Source: Promethearchaeota archaeon
Lineage (GTDB): Archaea; Asgardarchaeota; Lokiarchaeia; Sigyniarchaeales; SOKP01
Length of the DNA stretch: 64,000 nucleotides
Direction: 5' to 3'
Assembly (NCBI GenBank): GCA_048939995.1
Contig: JBHLOY010000005.1
Span: 1 to 64,000 of the forward strand
Shown in pieces: positions 48,827 to 58,659 of the stretch. Below the pieces are notes generated by a model. It was not told where the DNA came from. It saw only the letters and a list, made by a program, of their open reading frames with translations, and ran no database searches. Position numbers and translations under genes: made by a program. Every line of letters begins with the position of its first letter. The stretch's first letter is position 1.

Positions 48827-49831
48827 ATGACTGAAACGATACTAAATAAGATAAATGAAATTTTGAAAAAATCTGATTTTGAAACATTATTTTTAGATGA
48901 GTATTCTAATAAAAAAAGCAAGTTCTGTTTTGATTTATTAGTAAAAAAAGAAGATTCAATTTTTAGCGTAAAATTAATTTCAAATATTGATAATATTAGC
49001 CCAGAAATTATTAATGATATAAAATCTCTTTCTTTATTATTGAAATCTAAACCTTTATTAATAGGTATTAGAAATAGATACCAAAAATTAGAAGATAATA
49101 CTATTTATATTAGAGAAGGGTTGCCTTTTATAACCTTGAATACATTAGAAAATATTTTAAACAGAAATGTATATCCCTATATTTTAGCTAAACGTGGTGG
49201 AGGAGTTGTTTTTCTAAATGGTATCCTGATGAAAGAATTTAGAGAACAACATCTCATAAGTAGAAAGGAATTATCTGAGAAGCTTGGAATAGCTAAGAGG
49301 ACTGTTTATTCCTATGAGAATGAAAGTTTACGTCCTTCAGAAAAAATTGCTGAAAAAATATCTGATATTTTAGAAAGCAATGATATCTTTAAAAGAATAA
49401 ACGTTTTTGATTGGCCTATTAAATATGATTTAGATAAAAGAGAAAATTCTGAAGAAAGTGATCTTTCGCCCTTCGAGTCTCATATACAAGAAATTATTAA
49501 TGATATTGGTATTTGTACATATTGGTATAAAAAAGGACCTATTCCTTTTCAATTATCCATATATTCACAAATTTCTAAGAGTATTCAAGAATCCAATTTT
49601 TATCCCATATTTTCAGGTATTACTGAAGATCAAAAAAAGATAAATGAATCTATTGTTAAATGCCTAAGATCATTTACAAAATTATTTCATAAAAACGCTC
49701 TTTTCATCATTAATGACAATATAAAAATAACTGATACTTTAATGAAAGAAAAAATACCATTTGTCAAGGTGAAAGATTTAGAAGAGATTGACGATGAAGA
49801 GGAATTCATTGAACTTATCCAAGAATTATGA
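48827..49831 (+). CDS. archaeal HTH transcriptional regulator (COG1395-like)
   Basis: CFDLL..K, YIREG, RGG, central HTH SRKELSEKLGIAKRTVYSYE. Confidence 0.85.
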   Translation: MTETILNKINEILKKSDFETLFLDEYSNKKSKFCFDLLVKKEDSIFSVKLISNIDNISPEIINDIKSLSLLLKSKPLLIGIRNRYQKLEDNTIYIREGLPFITLNTLENILNRNVYPYILAKRGGGVVFLNGILMKEFREQHLISRKELSEKLGIAKRTVYSYENESLRPSEKIAEKISDILESNDIFKRINVFDWPIKYDLDKRENSEESDLSPFESHIQEIINDIGICTYWYKKGPIPFQLSIYSQISKSIQESNFYPIFSGITEDQKKINESIVKCLRSFTKLFHKNALFIINDNIKITDTLMKEKIPFVKVKDLEEIDDEEEFIELIQEL

Positions 49832-50495
49832 ACTAATTTGTGGAATTGATGAGGCTGGTAGAGGGCCAGTTCTGGGGCCTATGGTGATATGTGGTGTATG
49901 TTTTCCATCAAATAATTTACGGTTTCTTAATGAGATTGGAGTAAAAGATTCTAAGAAGCTTACAAGCTCAAGGAGAATTGAATTAGCACAAATTATCAAA
50001 AGAGAATGTCATTCTCTAAAAGTTAAGATTATTAGTGCTAAAGAGATAGATAATAGGGTAAAAAGGAATTTAACAATGAATCGCCTTGAATTACTTAAAT
50101 ATATTGAGATAATTAATGAATTAAAACCGAATATAATAATAGTAGATGCTGTTGATGTAAATGAAGAAAGATTTGGAGATTCAATAAAAAGATTATTAGA
50201 TTTTAAACCTAAAGAAATTATCTCAAAACACAAAGCAGACGATATTTATCCTATTGTATCAGCTAGTTCTATAATTGCTAAAGAGATAAGAGATAACTTT
50301 ATTGAGACTTTAAGAAAAAAGTATGGAGATTTTGGCTCAGGATATCCCTCTGACGTTAAAACTATTAACTTTTTAAGAGATTGGATAATTAAAAATAAAA
50401 AACCCCCTTCTATTGCTCGTAAAACATGGGACACTACTAAAAAAATATTAAATGATACACTTTATAGTAAAAATATTAGGGAATATCTAATATAA
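49788..50495 (+). CDS. rnhB: ribonuclease HII (exact start uncertain)
   Basis: GIDEAGRGP.LGP, DSKKL, HKAD, SASSIIAK, GSGYPSD. Confidence 0.97.
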   Translation: MTMKRNSLNLSKNYELICGIDEAGRGPVLGPMVICGVCFPSNNLRFLNEIGVKDSKKLTSSRRIELAQIIKRECHSLKVKIISAKEIDNRVKRNLTMNRLELLKYIEIINELKPNIIIVDAVDVNEERFGDSIKRLLDFKPKEIISKHKADDIYPIVSASSIIAKEIRDNFIETLRKKYGDFGSGYPSDVKTINFLRDWIIKNKKPPSIARKTWDTTKKILNDTLYSKNIREYLI

Positions 50496-51183
50496 TCTGC
50501 TTTACAATCAAGATGATATGATTGGCAGCATACTTGTGAATATTAATATTCCTAATTATCTCATAACCTGCCTTCTTAAATATCTCTTTTTCTCTTTCAT
50601 ATATTTTTTCTGATTTTTGAATGCTATTTATTGATTGGGATTTTATTGCTATTATTAAAAATCCTCCCTTTCTTAAATAATATCTACTGTTCAAAATCGC
50701 TATTTCAGCCTGATTGGGTTGAGCCACATCTTGATATATTATATCAATTTCAGTAAAAATAGATTTTGCATACTTTTCTGGAAAGTTTGCGTCTCCCATA
50801 ATTGGAACTATATTTTTTCTATCCGAAATATTTTGGATAAGTTGTCTCATACTTCTAGGTGCTACTTCTACGCCAAAGATAATACCTTCATATAAAATAT
50901 CCGATAGGTGAGATATTGTGGTTCCCGATGAAGCTCCTAAATACAAGCATTTTAAATTATGTTTAAATAGATCAATACTAGGATTTTCCAGTAATAAAGC
51001 TGCCAACTTGCTTCTAAAAGGATCCCATTCTCTATATTCAATACCTTTATATTTTATTAGTTTCTCTCCGTAAACTCTATTACCGGGAACTAAATTTTTA
51101 GTATATAATTTCAAGTTGTTAGGTTGACCAGAAATATATATATTAGAGAACTTTGGATGAGTTCTGATTTCGATATTGCTCAA
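50476..51183 (-). CDS. flpA: fibrillarin-like C/D box methyltransferase
   Basis: YREWDPFRSKLAA, YLGASSGTTISH, DVAQPNQ. Confidence 0.97.
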   Translation of the reverse strand: MSNIEIRTHPKFSNIYISGQPNNLKLYTKNLVPGNRVYGEKLIKYKGIEYREWDPFRSKLAALLLENPSIDLFKHNLKCLYLGASSGTTISHLSDILYEGIIFGVEVAPRSMRQLIQNISDRKNIVPIMGDANFPEKYAKSIFTEIDIIYQDVAQPNQAEIAILNSRYYLRKGGFLIIAIKSQSINSIQKSEKIYEREKEIFKKAGYEIIRNINIHKYAANHIILIVKQIILDIP

Positions 51184-51195
51184 TTGATAAAATCC

Positions 51196-52392
51196 TCAAA
51201 CTTTCTTTCTTTTTTTAACTTTTATTGCTTTTCTCTTAGTTTCAGGTTTTTTAGGATATTTTTTTTCGATTTCCTTTACTTTTTCATCGACTTCTTGTGC
51301 TAATTCTTCTCCTATAAACTTTCCACCAAAAAAGTCTACTTTACTAGCAATGCCAATTTTTCCAGCAATTAATCTTGATATTTTTCCTCGATGATGTTGT
51401 TTACTACCTCTAATTACATTCCACTGATATATTAACCCGTGTTTTGGTCTTTTTTCACCAGACTTTAAAAATCGATATAGTGCTTTTTCTGCTCCTAAAA
51501 TTTGTATTCTAGATGCTGGCATAAATGCTAATTTCTTTAAGCTTCCAGCTTTCGCTATTAATTTAGCTCCAACTAAACTTCCTACTAAAGCATTAAGATT
51601 AGGAACTGTAGATTGCATTATATTCTCTAAATATACTTCTAGTTGTTCTCTAAAATGATCGAGCTGTATAATCTGGTCAGCAAAATTTTGCACCATATCC
51701 AATTCAATAGTAGAACCCATTGATTTTGAAGCCAAATCTTCTAACATCTTTATATGCTCATCCTTGAATTCAAAACTACTCCTTATTTTTTCAAATGAAA
51801 AGTTCCTTCTATCTCCCAAAATACAAACTAATTTAGCGATAATTATATTATCTTCGATTAATTTATCAGTTAATTCTGGAAAATGTAATCCATACCATTC
51901 TCTAAGTCGGCTGGAATACAAACTAATAGATTTTTTAATAGTATCTATTGTATCAATAGTTCGTATTATAATGATATCATTTTGAGCTCCTAAAATGCTC
52001 ACTTTACTTTTAATTAACTGTTCTTCAATGTTCTTTATGCTTTTGAGGACTTCCATTTCAGAAATATGAATTCCAATTTCATTTAAATTTTTACTTAAGT
52101 TAAAGCGAAAATTTCTAAACTCAAGAGCCTCAGTATCCAGTAGGGTTTGATTATCAGGATATTGAGCTACTAAATATTCCAATTTTGCATTATCAAATAC
52201 AAAGTAATTAAATCCAGAGGTTTTTAATTCCGTTATAAACTTTTTAAAAGCATTAGAAATAGTCTTTTCTTCAAGTAATTGATAAAATTCAATAATTTGG
52301 TCCTCATTATTAACATTAATGTAATTTAAGATAGTACCGGCTTCATCGACAGCAAATATTCCAATAAACGTATCTATTATAAAACATTTCAT
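51196..52392 (-). CDS. nop5: C/D box RNP subunit Nop5 (Nop56/58)
   Basis: REWYGLHFPEL, IQILGAEKAL, PKHGLIY. Confidence 0.96.
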   Translation of the reverse strand: MKCFIIDTFIGIFAVDEAGTILNYINVNNEDQIIEFYQLLEEKTISNAFKKFITELKTSGFNYFVFDNAKLEYLVAQYPDNQTLLDTEALEFRNFRFNLSKNLNEIGIHISEMEVLKSIKNIEEQLIKSKVSILGAQNDIIIIRTIDTIDTIKKSISLYSSRLREWYGLHFPELTDKLIEDNIIIAKLVCILGDRRNFSFEKIRSSFEFKDEHIKMLEDLASKSMGSTIELDMVQNFADQIIQLDHFREQLEVYLENIMQSTVPNLNALVGSLVGAKLIAKAGSLKKLAFMPASRIQILGAEKALYRFLKSGEKRPKHGLIYQWNVIRGSKQHHRGKISRLIAGKIGIASKVDFFGGKFIGEELAQEVDEKVKEIEKKYPKKPETKRKAIKVKKRKKV

Positions 52393-52456
52393 TTTTAAGA
52401 TTGTCTGCTACAAATTTTCTTAAATAATAATAATAATATTTCCTTAGGTTATAATA

Positions 52457-53386
52457 GTGATGCTTGAAGTTAATATTTCTGGAATAAAATTAAAAACTCC
52501 TATTATCTTGGCTTCTGGTATTTTAGGAGTTTCATACTCTACTATGAAAAGAGTAATTAATGCTGGAGCAGGAGCAGTAACAACTAAATCCATTGGCCCA
52601 AGAGCTAGAAAGGGCTATAAAAATCCTTCAATTATTGAGATATTCTCTGGAACATTTTTAAATAGTGTTGGTTTAGCGAATCCCGGAATAGATAACTTCA
52701 TTAATGAGATCAAAGAACTTAAGTTACTTGGTATTCCTTTAATTGTTAGCATATTTGGAGAAAACCTTGAATCTTATTTAGAAGTTGCTTTAAAAGCTGA
52801 AAAAGCTGGAGCAGATGCTATAGAACTGAATATCTCTTGTCCACATGCTGAGGTTTCGGCTATTGGAATTGATAAAAACTTAACCTACTCATTAATTACT
52901 GAGTTAAAGGAGAAGATCGATATACCCTTATTTGTAAAATTGACTCCAAACGTTACCGATATTTGTGAAATCGCACTAGCTGCTGAAAAAGCTGGAGCTG
53001 ATGCAGTAGTAGCAATTAATACAATAAACGCTATGGCAATTGATATTAATGTAAAAAGACCTGTTCTCTCACATGGAAGTGGAGGGATGTCAGGAAGAGC
53101 CATCCACCCAATTGCCATAAGAGTAGTTTATGATCTTTATAAAGTATTGAAGATTCCAATTATTGGATGTGGTGGAATCTTTGATTGGAAGGATGCTATT
53201 GAATTTTTCTTAGCTGGAGCGTCTGCGCTTCAAATTGGAACAGCGTTTTATCAAGGCTTTAACCTTATTTCACAGATAAATAAAGATCTTATTAAATACC
53301 TAGAGCATGAAAAATTGAATGCTATAAGCGATTTAATTGGTTTAGCTCATCAATGGAAAGTTCAGGAGGTACCTGATTTTGAATGA
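52457..53386 (+). CDS. pyrD: dihydroorotate dehydrogenase 1B catalytic subunit
   Basis: TKS, NSVGL.NPG, ELNISCP, VKLTPN, GGMSG. Confidence 0.96.
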   Translation: MMLEVNISGIKLKTPIILASGILGVSYSTMKRVINAGAGAVTTKSIGPRARKGYKNPSIIEIFSGTFLNSVGLANPGIDNFINEIKELKLLGIPLIVSIFGENLESYLEVALKAEKAGADAIELNISCPHAEVSAIGIDKNLTYSLITELKEKIDIPLFVKLTPNVTDICEIALAAEKAGADAVVAINTINAMAIDINVKRPVLSHGSGGMSGRAIHPIAIRVVYDLYKVLKIPIIGCGGIFDWKDAIEFFLAGASALQIGTAFYQGFNLISQINKDLIKYLEHEKLNAISDLIGLAHQWKVQEVPDFE

Positions 53387-54230
53387 AAACATAATAGAGA
53401 CAGTTAAAATTAAAAGAATCACTACTCATTGTATAGGTATTAAGACCTTAGAATTCAATTTAAAAGAACTCAATCCCTCGAATTATGTCGCCCCTCAACC
53501 TGGTCAATTTGTAATGATATGGGTTCCTGGAGTTGATGAGGTTCCAATGTCTCTATCTGGATCTGATGAGAATGGAAATTGGGCCATAACTGTAAAAAAT
53601 GTTGGAGAATGCACTAGTGCTATTCATAATTTAAAGAAAGGTGATTTTATTGGAGTGAGAGGACCCTTAGGTAACTCTTTCCAATTACCAAAAGAAAGAT
53701 CTACTATCTCTTTTCTAATAGGAGGAGGTTTTGGTATTGCCCCCCTAAAGTATCTTGCTTCTGAATTATCAAAAAAGAAATTTAAAACTATAATTATTGA
53801 AGGTGCTAAGATTGGTGAAGAAATAATATTCATCGACGATTTTAATACCTTAGATAATGATTATTCTGAAATCTTTTATTGCACTGATGATGGAAGTTAT
53901 GGATTAGAAGGAATGGCCTCTGAGACATTTAAAAATTTAATTAAGAAACGTTTAAAATCTGATCTAGCAAATCTAAAAGTATATACTTGCGGTCCCGAAT
54001 TAATGTTATTTGAGATCTTTCAAATCTGTGAGAAATATAATATTGAATTAGAGGCTAGTTTAGAACGAATTATGAGATGTGGTTGCGGTTTATGTGGATT
54101 GTGTGCCATTGATCCACTAGGATTATTAGTTTGTAAAGATGGACCAATCTTCAATTCGAAAATTTTAAGAGAAATGGATGATTTTGGTAAATATAAAAGA
54201 GATTTCACCGGAAAAAAAATTAATATCTAA
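53379..54230 (+). CDS. pyrK: dihydroorotate dehydrogenase electron transfer subunit
   Basis: PGQFVM, RGPLG, GGGFGIAP, CGP, CGCGLCGLC...C. Confidence 0.94.
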   Translation: MNENIIETVKIKRITTHCIGIKTLEFNLKELNPSNYVAPQPGQFVMIWVPGVDEVPMSLSGSDENGNWAITVKNVGECTSAIHNLKKGDFIGVRGPLGNSFQLPKERSTISFLIGGGFGIAPLKYLASELSKKKFKTIIIEGAKIGEEIIFIDDFNTLDNDYSEIFYCTDDGSYGLEGMASETFKNLIKKRLKSDLANLKVYTCGPELMLFEIFQICEKYNIELEASLERIMRCGCGLCGLCAIDPLGLLVCKDGPIFNSKILREMDDFGKYKRDFTGKKINI

Positions 54231-54267
54231 TAGGGTGTAAATTTTCTTATAAACGCATCTGATTTTA

Positions 54268-55890
54268 ATGGAAGTATCTGAAATAGAAAAAGTAAAAAAG
54301 ATAGCACGAGCAACTATAGATTATATTCTTCAGCATCCAAATACTCCTAAAGAAAAAATAACAAATATAAAGGGAAGATTTGCAAAAGAATTTCAATATA
54401 ATGGAGTTGTTAAAAATGCCACAATTCTTGACTATTCAACGGAAGAAGAAAAGAAAATTATAACTAAGCTCTTAAGAAGAAGAACGACACGAACTTTATC
54501 TGGTGTATCTGTTATTGCTATAATGACAAAACCGCTTCCTTGTCCCGGTGCATGTATATATTGTCCAGGTCAAGATTCACAGCCTGGGCAAAAAGTTGCA
54601 CAATCATATACAGGACAAGAGCCTGCTGCTATGAGATCAATTAATAATAATTATGATCCATTTAAGCAAGTTCAAAGCAGAATTACAGATTTAGAAGCAA
54701 TTGGTCATGAGGTCGATAAAATTGAATTAGTTATCATGGGAGGAACATTTTTATCTACAAATGTTAATTATCAAGAAGAATTTATCAAGGGCGCTTATGA
54801 GGGTGTAATTAACAAAAAAACTAATTCCTTAAACCAAGCGAAAAAATTTGCAGAAAGATCTAAGAGAAGATTAATAGGATTAACCATCGAGACTAGACCT
54901 GATTTTTGTAAAGAAATTGATGTTGATCGAATGTTGAATTATGGTACAACAAGAGTAGAAATTGGAGTGCAGACCGTTTATAATGAAATTTATACGCTCA
55001 TCAATAGAGGTCATACAATTAGAGATACCATTGATAGTATTAGGATTGCGAAAGATGCTGGTTTAAAAGTAAATGCTCATATGATGCCAAACTTGATTGG
55101 ATCAAATAGATCAAAGGATATTCAAGCATTTGAAGTTTTATTCTCCGAGCCTGATTTTCGACCTGACATGTTGAAAATTTATCCGTGTTTAGTTATTAAA
55201 GGAACCGAATTATATAATTTATGGAAAAAAGGTTTATATCAACCATATTCCGATAAAGAGTTAGTTGATTTAATTGCTAATATTAAAAAAGATATTCCTC
55301 CTTATGTTCGTATCCAAAGAATTATGAGAGATATACCTGCCCAACTAATAGAAGCAGGCTGTAAAAAGAGTAATCTAAGACAATTGGTACAAAAAAGAAT
55401 GAATGAGTTGAATATTAAGTGTTCATGCATAAGATGTCGGGAATTTGGAATTAAAAAAAGAAAAGAATTCATCGATGAAGAATCTTATGATAAGGTAAAA
55501 TTTTATAAATATCATTATGAGGCTTCGCAAGGAGAAGAGATGTTTTTATCATATGAGAATAAGGACGAAAATTATTTGATGGGATATCTAAGATTGAGAA
55601 AACCTTCAAATTTTGCTCACCGAGCGGAAATAAATGATGAAAAAACTATGCTCGTTAGGGAAATTAGAGTCGTTGGAGAATTAGTTCCAAAAGATATAAA
55701 ACCTACTAGAGGTACTCAAATTCAACATCGTGGCTTTGGAAAATCATTAATGTTGCAGGCTGAAAAAGAATCTCTTGAGAAATATGATGCCAAAAAATTA
55801 ACAGTTATTAGTGGTATTGGAGCAAGAGATTGGTTCTATGATTTAGGATATAAGAAAGATGGTCCCTATGTTTCGAAACTTTTAGTATGA
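54268..55890 (+). CDS. elp3: tRNA U34 carboxymethyltransferase Elp3 (radical SAM plus KAT)
   Basis: RTLSGV, CPGACIYCPG, MGGTF, ETRPD, QHRGFGK. Confidence 0.97.
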   Translation: MEVSEIEKVKKIARATIDYILQHPNTPKEKITNIKGRFAKEFQYNGVVKNATILDYSTEEEKKIITKLLRRRTTRTLSGVSVIAIMTKPLPCPGACIYCPGQDSQPGQKVAQSYTGQEPAAMRSINNNYDPFKQVQSRITDLEAIGHEVDKIELVIMGGTFLSTNVNYQEEFIKGAYEGVINKKTNSLNQAKKFAERSKRRLIGLTIETRPDFCKEIDVDRMLNYGTTRVEIGVQTVYNEIYTLINRGHTIRDTIDSIRIAKDAGLKVNAHMMPNLIGSNRSKDIQAFEVLFSEPDFRPDMLKIYPCLVIKGTELYNLWKKGLYQPYSDKELVDLIANIKKDIPPYVRIQRIMRDIPAQLIEAGCKKSNLRQLVQKRMNELNIKCSCIRCREFGIKKRKEFIDEESYDKVKFYKYHYEASQGEEMFLSYENKDENYLMGYLRLRKPSNFAHRAEINDEKTMLVREIRVVGELVPKDIKPTRGTQIQHRGFGKSLMLQAEKESLEKYDAKKLTVISGIGARDWFYDLGYKKDGPYVSKLLV

Positions 55891-56321
55891 AAAAGATTGA
55901 ATTATAGGATTTTTGGTTTTCGCCCTTAAACATTGCTTTTAGACTTATAGCAGGAGTCTCCTATTAAGAAAATTCCTTGACAATAGATTATTATTTTAAT
56001 TCAATATTTAAATTGATATGTTAGATGATAAATCAAAAAATGAAGGTCAGATTATTAAATAAGTCAAAAATTAAGAGAAACTAATATTTTTAAGGATACA
56101 TTTCTGCTTAAAATGAAAACCAATTTAAAATGATTTTGAAAAAGTTCATATTGGTGAGGAACTCAGATATCTAAAGCATTTTTAAAGTAATAATACTGTA
56201 ATCAAACTGATTATTTACTTTTGAATGAATTGTATTTTCAAATATTATAATTATCATTTATCTTAGACATAGATTTAATACTAATCTACTTTTTTATAAA
56301 TTTAAATATATTAGATATAAT

Positions 56322-57383
56322 TTGTTAGTAATGTCAAGAATAAAACAAACCATTTCTATTTCAGATAATCTTAAGAAAAAAATTGACGAATACGTAGGTG
56401 AAAATCACAAAAAATTCCCTAAAGATGAAAGATTTAAGAGTACTTCCGCTTTTTATGATTTTGTTATGAGAAAAACACTTAAATGTTTTGAAAAGGGAAA
56501 ATCCTTAGATGATTTTGAAAAATTTGCCGATAGCGAACTTGTAGACTTATTCGATAAATTTTCTTTTAGACAATTTATACCTATTTTTGAACCTTCATTA
56601 GAAATGAATCGATACACAGAGTTAGATATAAATATGACCATTCGGTTCTTATTCTCATTAAAACGATTGGCATATCAGAGTGGATATAATCCAAATGACA
56701 CTAACACACTAGCAGTATTTATTGAAAGAATGGGTAATTATATCTTTTCTAATAGATTGACTAAAGATTTTAAATTTGATATAATCATAGATGAAAAGAC
56801 AAAAAAACTTAAGAAACTAATAATTGAACTAGCGGGGATTTATAGAAATATAACATTCGAAAATTTTAAGCTTCTGACTGCTGAATGTGCTATTTTTGGA
56901 ACAAAAATCATTAACCTATTTCATTCCCCAGATGAAAATTATTGTAGATTAGAATTAGAACCAACATCTTTATATTTTCAGCAAGCTATTGATAAAAAAA
57001 AAACTTTAGAGTTAATTAAGCAGAATTTAACCTATCTCCTTAATTATAGCAAAATAGTAAATGATAAACCCTATTATTTATGGATAAAAATGGCAAATGA
57101 CAAGGATATAACCCTTTTATTTACCAATGAAAAAAGTAGAGAAAATTGGATTAATTCAGTCGTAGATGAAATCAATAAATTTAGTGAGAAGGAAAGATTA
57201 CTAATAAATATATTAAAATTGTTTGAAGCATTACATTGGATTGATATTGAAGACCTTGAACTGAGGAATTTCCGATTCAGACTATCTAAAGAAAAATATA
57301 AAGAAGAAATCGATTTTCTTCTAAATTACCTATCAAATTATGGAGAAATAAGGACTATAAATGATATTTATTATCTAGATTAA
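56322..57383 (+). CDS. RHH-like N-terminal domain protein, paralog 1
   Basis: QTISIS..LK..I...P.D.RFKS.S.FY shared with the next gene. Confidence 0.75.
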   Translation: MLVMSRIKQTISISDNLKKKIDEYVGENHKKFPKDERFKSTSAFYDFVMRKTLKCFEKGKSLDDFEKFADSELVDLFDKFSFRQFIPIFEPSLEMNRYTELDINMTIRFLFSLKRLAYQSGYNPNDTNTLAVFIERMGNYIFSNRLTKDFKFDIIIDEKTKKLKKLIIELAGIYRNITFENFKLLTAECAIFGTKIINLFHSPDENYCRLELEPTSLYFQQAIDKKKTLELIKQNLTYLLNYSKIVNDKPYYLWIKMANDKDITLLFTNEKSRENWINSVVDEINKFSEKERLLINILKLFEALHWIDIEDLELRNFRFRLSKEKYKEEIDFLLNYLSNYGEIRTINDIYYLD

Positions 57384-57399
57384 GAACTGAGCGATTTTT

Positions 57400-58473
57400 A
57401 TGACTTCAAAAAAATTTTTATCTAATAAAAAAACTGCAAACCAGACAATATCGATTTCTCCAGCTTTAAAAGATTGGATTGAACGCTTTGTAAATGTTGA
57501 GAGAAAGAAACATCCTAATGATACCAGATTTAAAAGTATATCTTCCTTTTACACATACATCATGGAGAAAAGTATGGAAATCCTCGAAAGAGGGAAATCT
57601 CTTGAAGATTTTGAGAGATTTGTAGATGGCAATACTGAAAATTTTTTCGATTCTATGACATTTAAAGCATTAATTCCTTTTCATGAAGAAGTGGCTAGGA
57701 CACATAGGTATACTGACATTACTTTTAAACAGTTAACAAGATTCCTTTTTGCTATAAGAAAGTTATATCTGGATGGAATAGAACCTTATGATTACAATAC
57801 GCTTTTAGATAGATTTGAAGTTTTTAGAAAATTCTATTTGGAAAATAAAATTGCAAAGGAAATGAGGCTAGAACTGTTTACTAATGGGAATGTTAGATAT
57901 CCTAAAGCAATTTTTGAGTTTGTTGGGAATTATCAAAATTTATTCTGGGAGAATTGCAAACTAAATGCTGCTGTTCTTGGAATAGTAGGAACTCGAATAA
58001 CGGATGTTATATATTCTGTTAAAGATTTATATTGCAGGTTTAATATAAGCGCCACTGATTTAATATTTAGAAATGATATACCTAAGAAAGATCGAATTAA
58101 ACTAGTGCAGGATAATGTAAATACTTTAATTAATCTAAAGTATGTAATAAATGATGAGGATTTCTACTTATGGATGAAATTGGCTAAGGACAGGGGCCTA
58201 ATAATAAATTTTAATAATGAGAAAGTCAAAAATCGATGGATAGAACTAATAGTTAACGAAATTAAGAAATTTGGTGATAAAGATCAATTTAAATTGGATT
58301 TCCTCAAATTTTTCGAGAAATTGCATTGGATTGAAATAGAAAGTGAAGATCAATTAAGATTCAAAATACGATTATCAGAAGAACAATATAAAAATGAAAT
58401 AAATTGGTTATTAGATCTAGCCTCGAAATATTCAAAAGTGAATCAATCAAATGGTAAATATTATCTAGAATAA
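57400..58473 (+). CDS. RHH-like N-terminal domain protein, paralog 2
   Basis: Shares GKSL.DFE.F.D, YLW.K.A.D and FE.LHWI.IE with the upstream gene. Confidence 0.75.
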   Translation: MTSKKFLSNKKTANQTISISPALKDWIERFVNVERKKHPNDTRFKSISSFYTYIMEKSMEILERGKSLEDFERFVDGNTENFFDSMTFKALIPFHEEVARTHRYTDITFKQLTRFLFAIRKLYLDGIEPYDYNTLLDRFEVFRKFYLENKIAKEMRLELFTNGNVRYPKAIFEFVGNYQNLFWENCKLNAAVLGIVGTRITDVIYSVKDLYCRFNISATDLIFRNDIPKKDRIKLVQDNVNTLINLKYVINDEDFYLWMKLAKDRGLIINFNNEKVKNRWIELIVNEIKKFGDKDQFKLDFLKFFEKLHWIEIESEDQLRFKIRLSEEQYKNEINWLLDLASKYSKVNQSNGKYYLE

Positions 58474-58659
58474 TAATTTCCAAACTTCCAGATTCATTGA
58501 ATCACTGTTTTAAATTAAGATAAAATACTCTATAAAAATAAACAAGGATTAAAAAAATATAATCGATTTAATTAGATATTTTATCCACATTGCATTATAG
58601 TTAAATTAAATAACTCTATTTTCAAAATTGATTACGATCTAAAAAAATAGTGATTCTAA

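Noticed and set aside
55891-56321. ncRNA (C/D sRNA or SECIS) or operator in the long intergenic region; AGGAG-T-CTCCT palindrome at 55952-55962
   Set aside because: Box motifs are degenerate, no selenoprotein candidate is adjacent, and the palindrome is short enough to occur by chance
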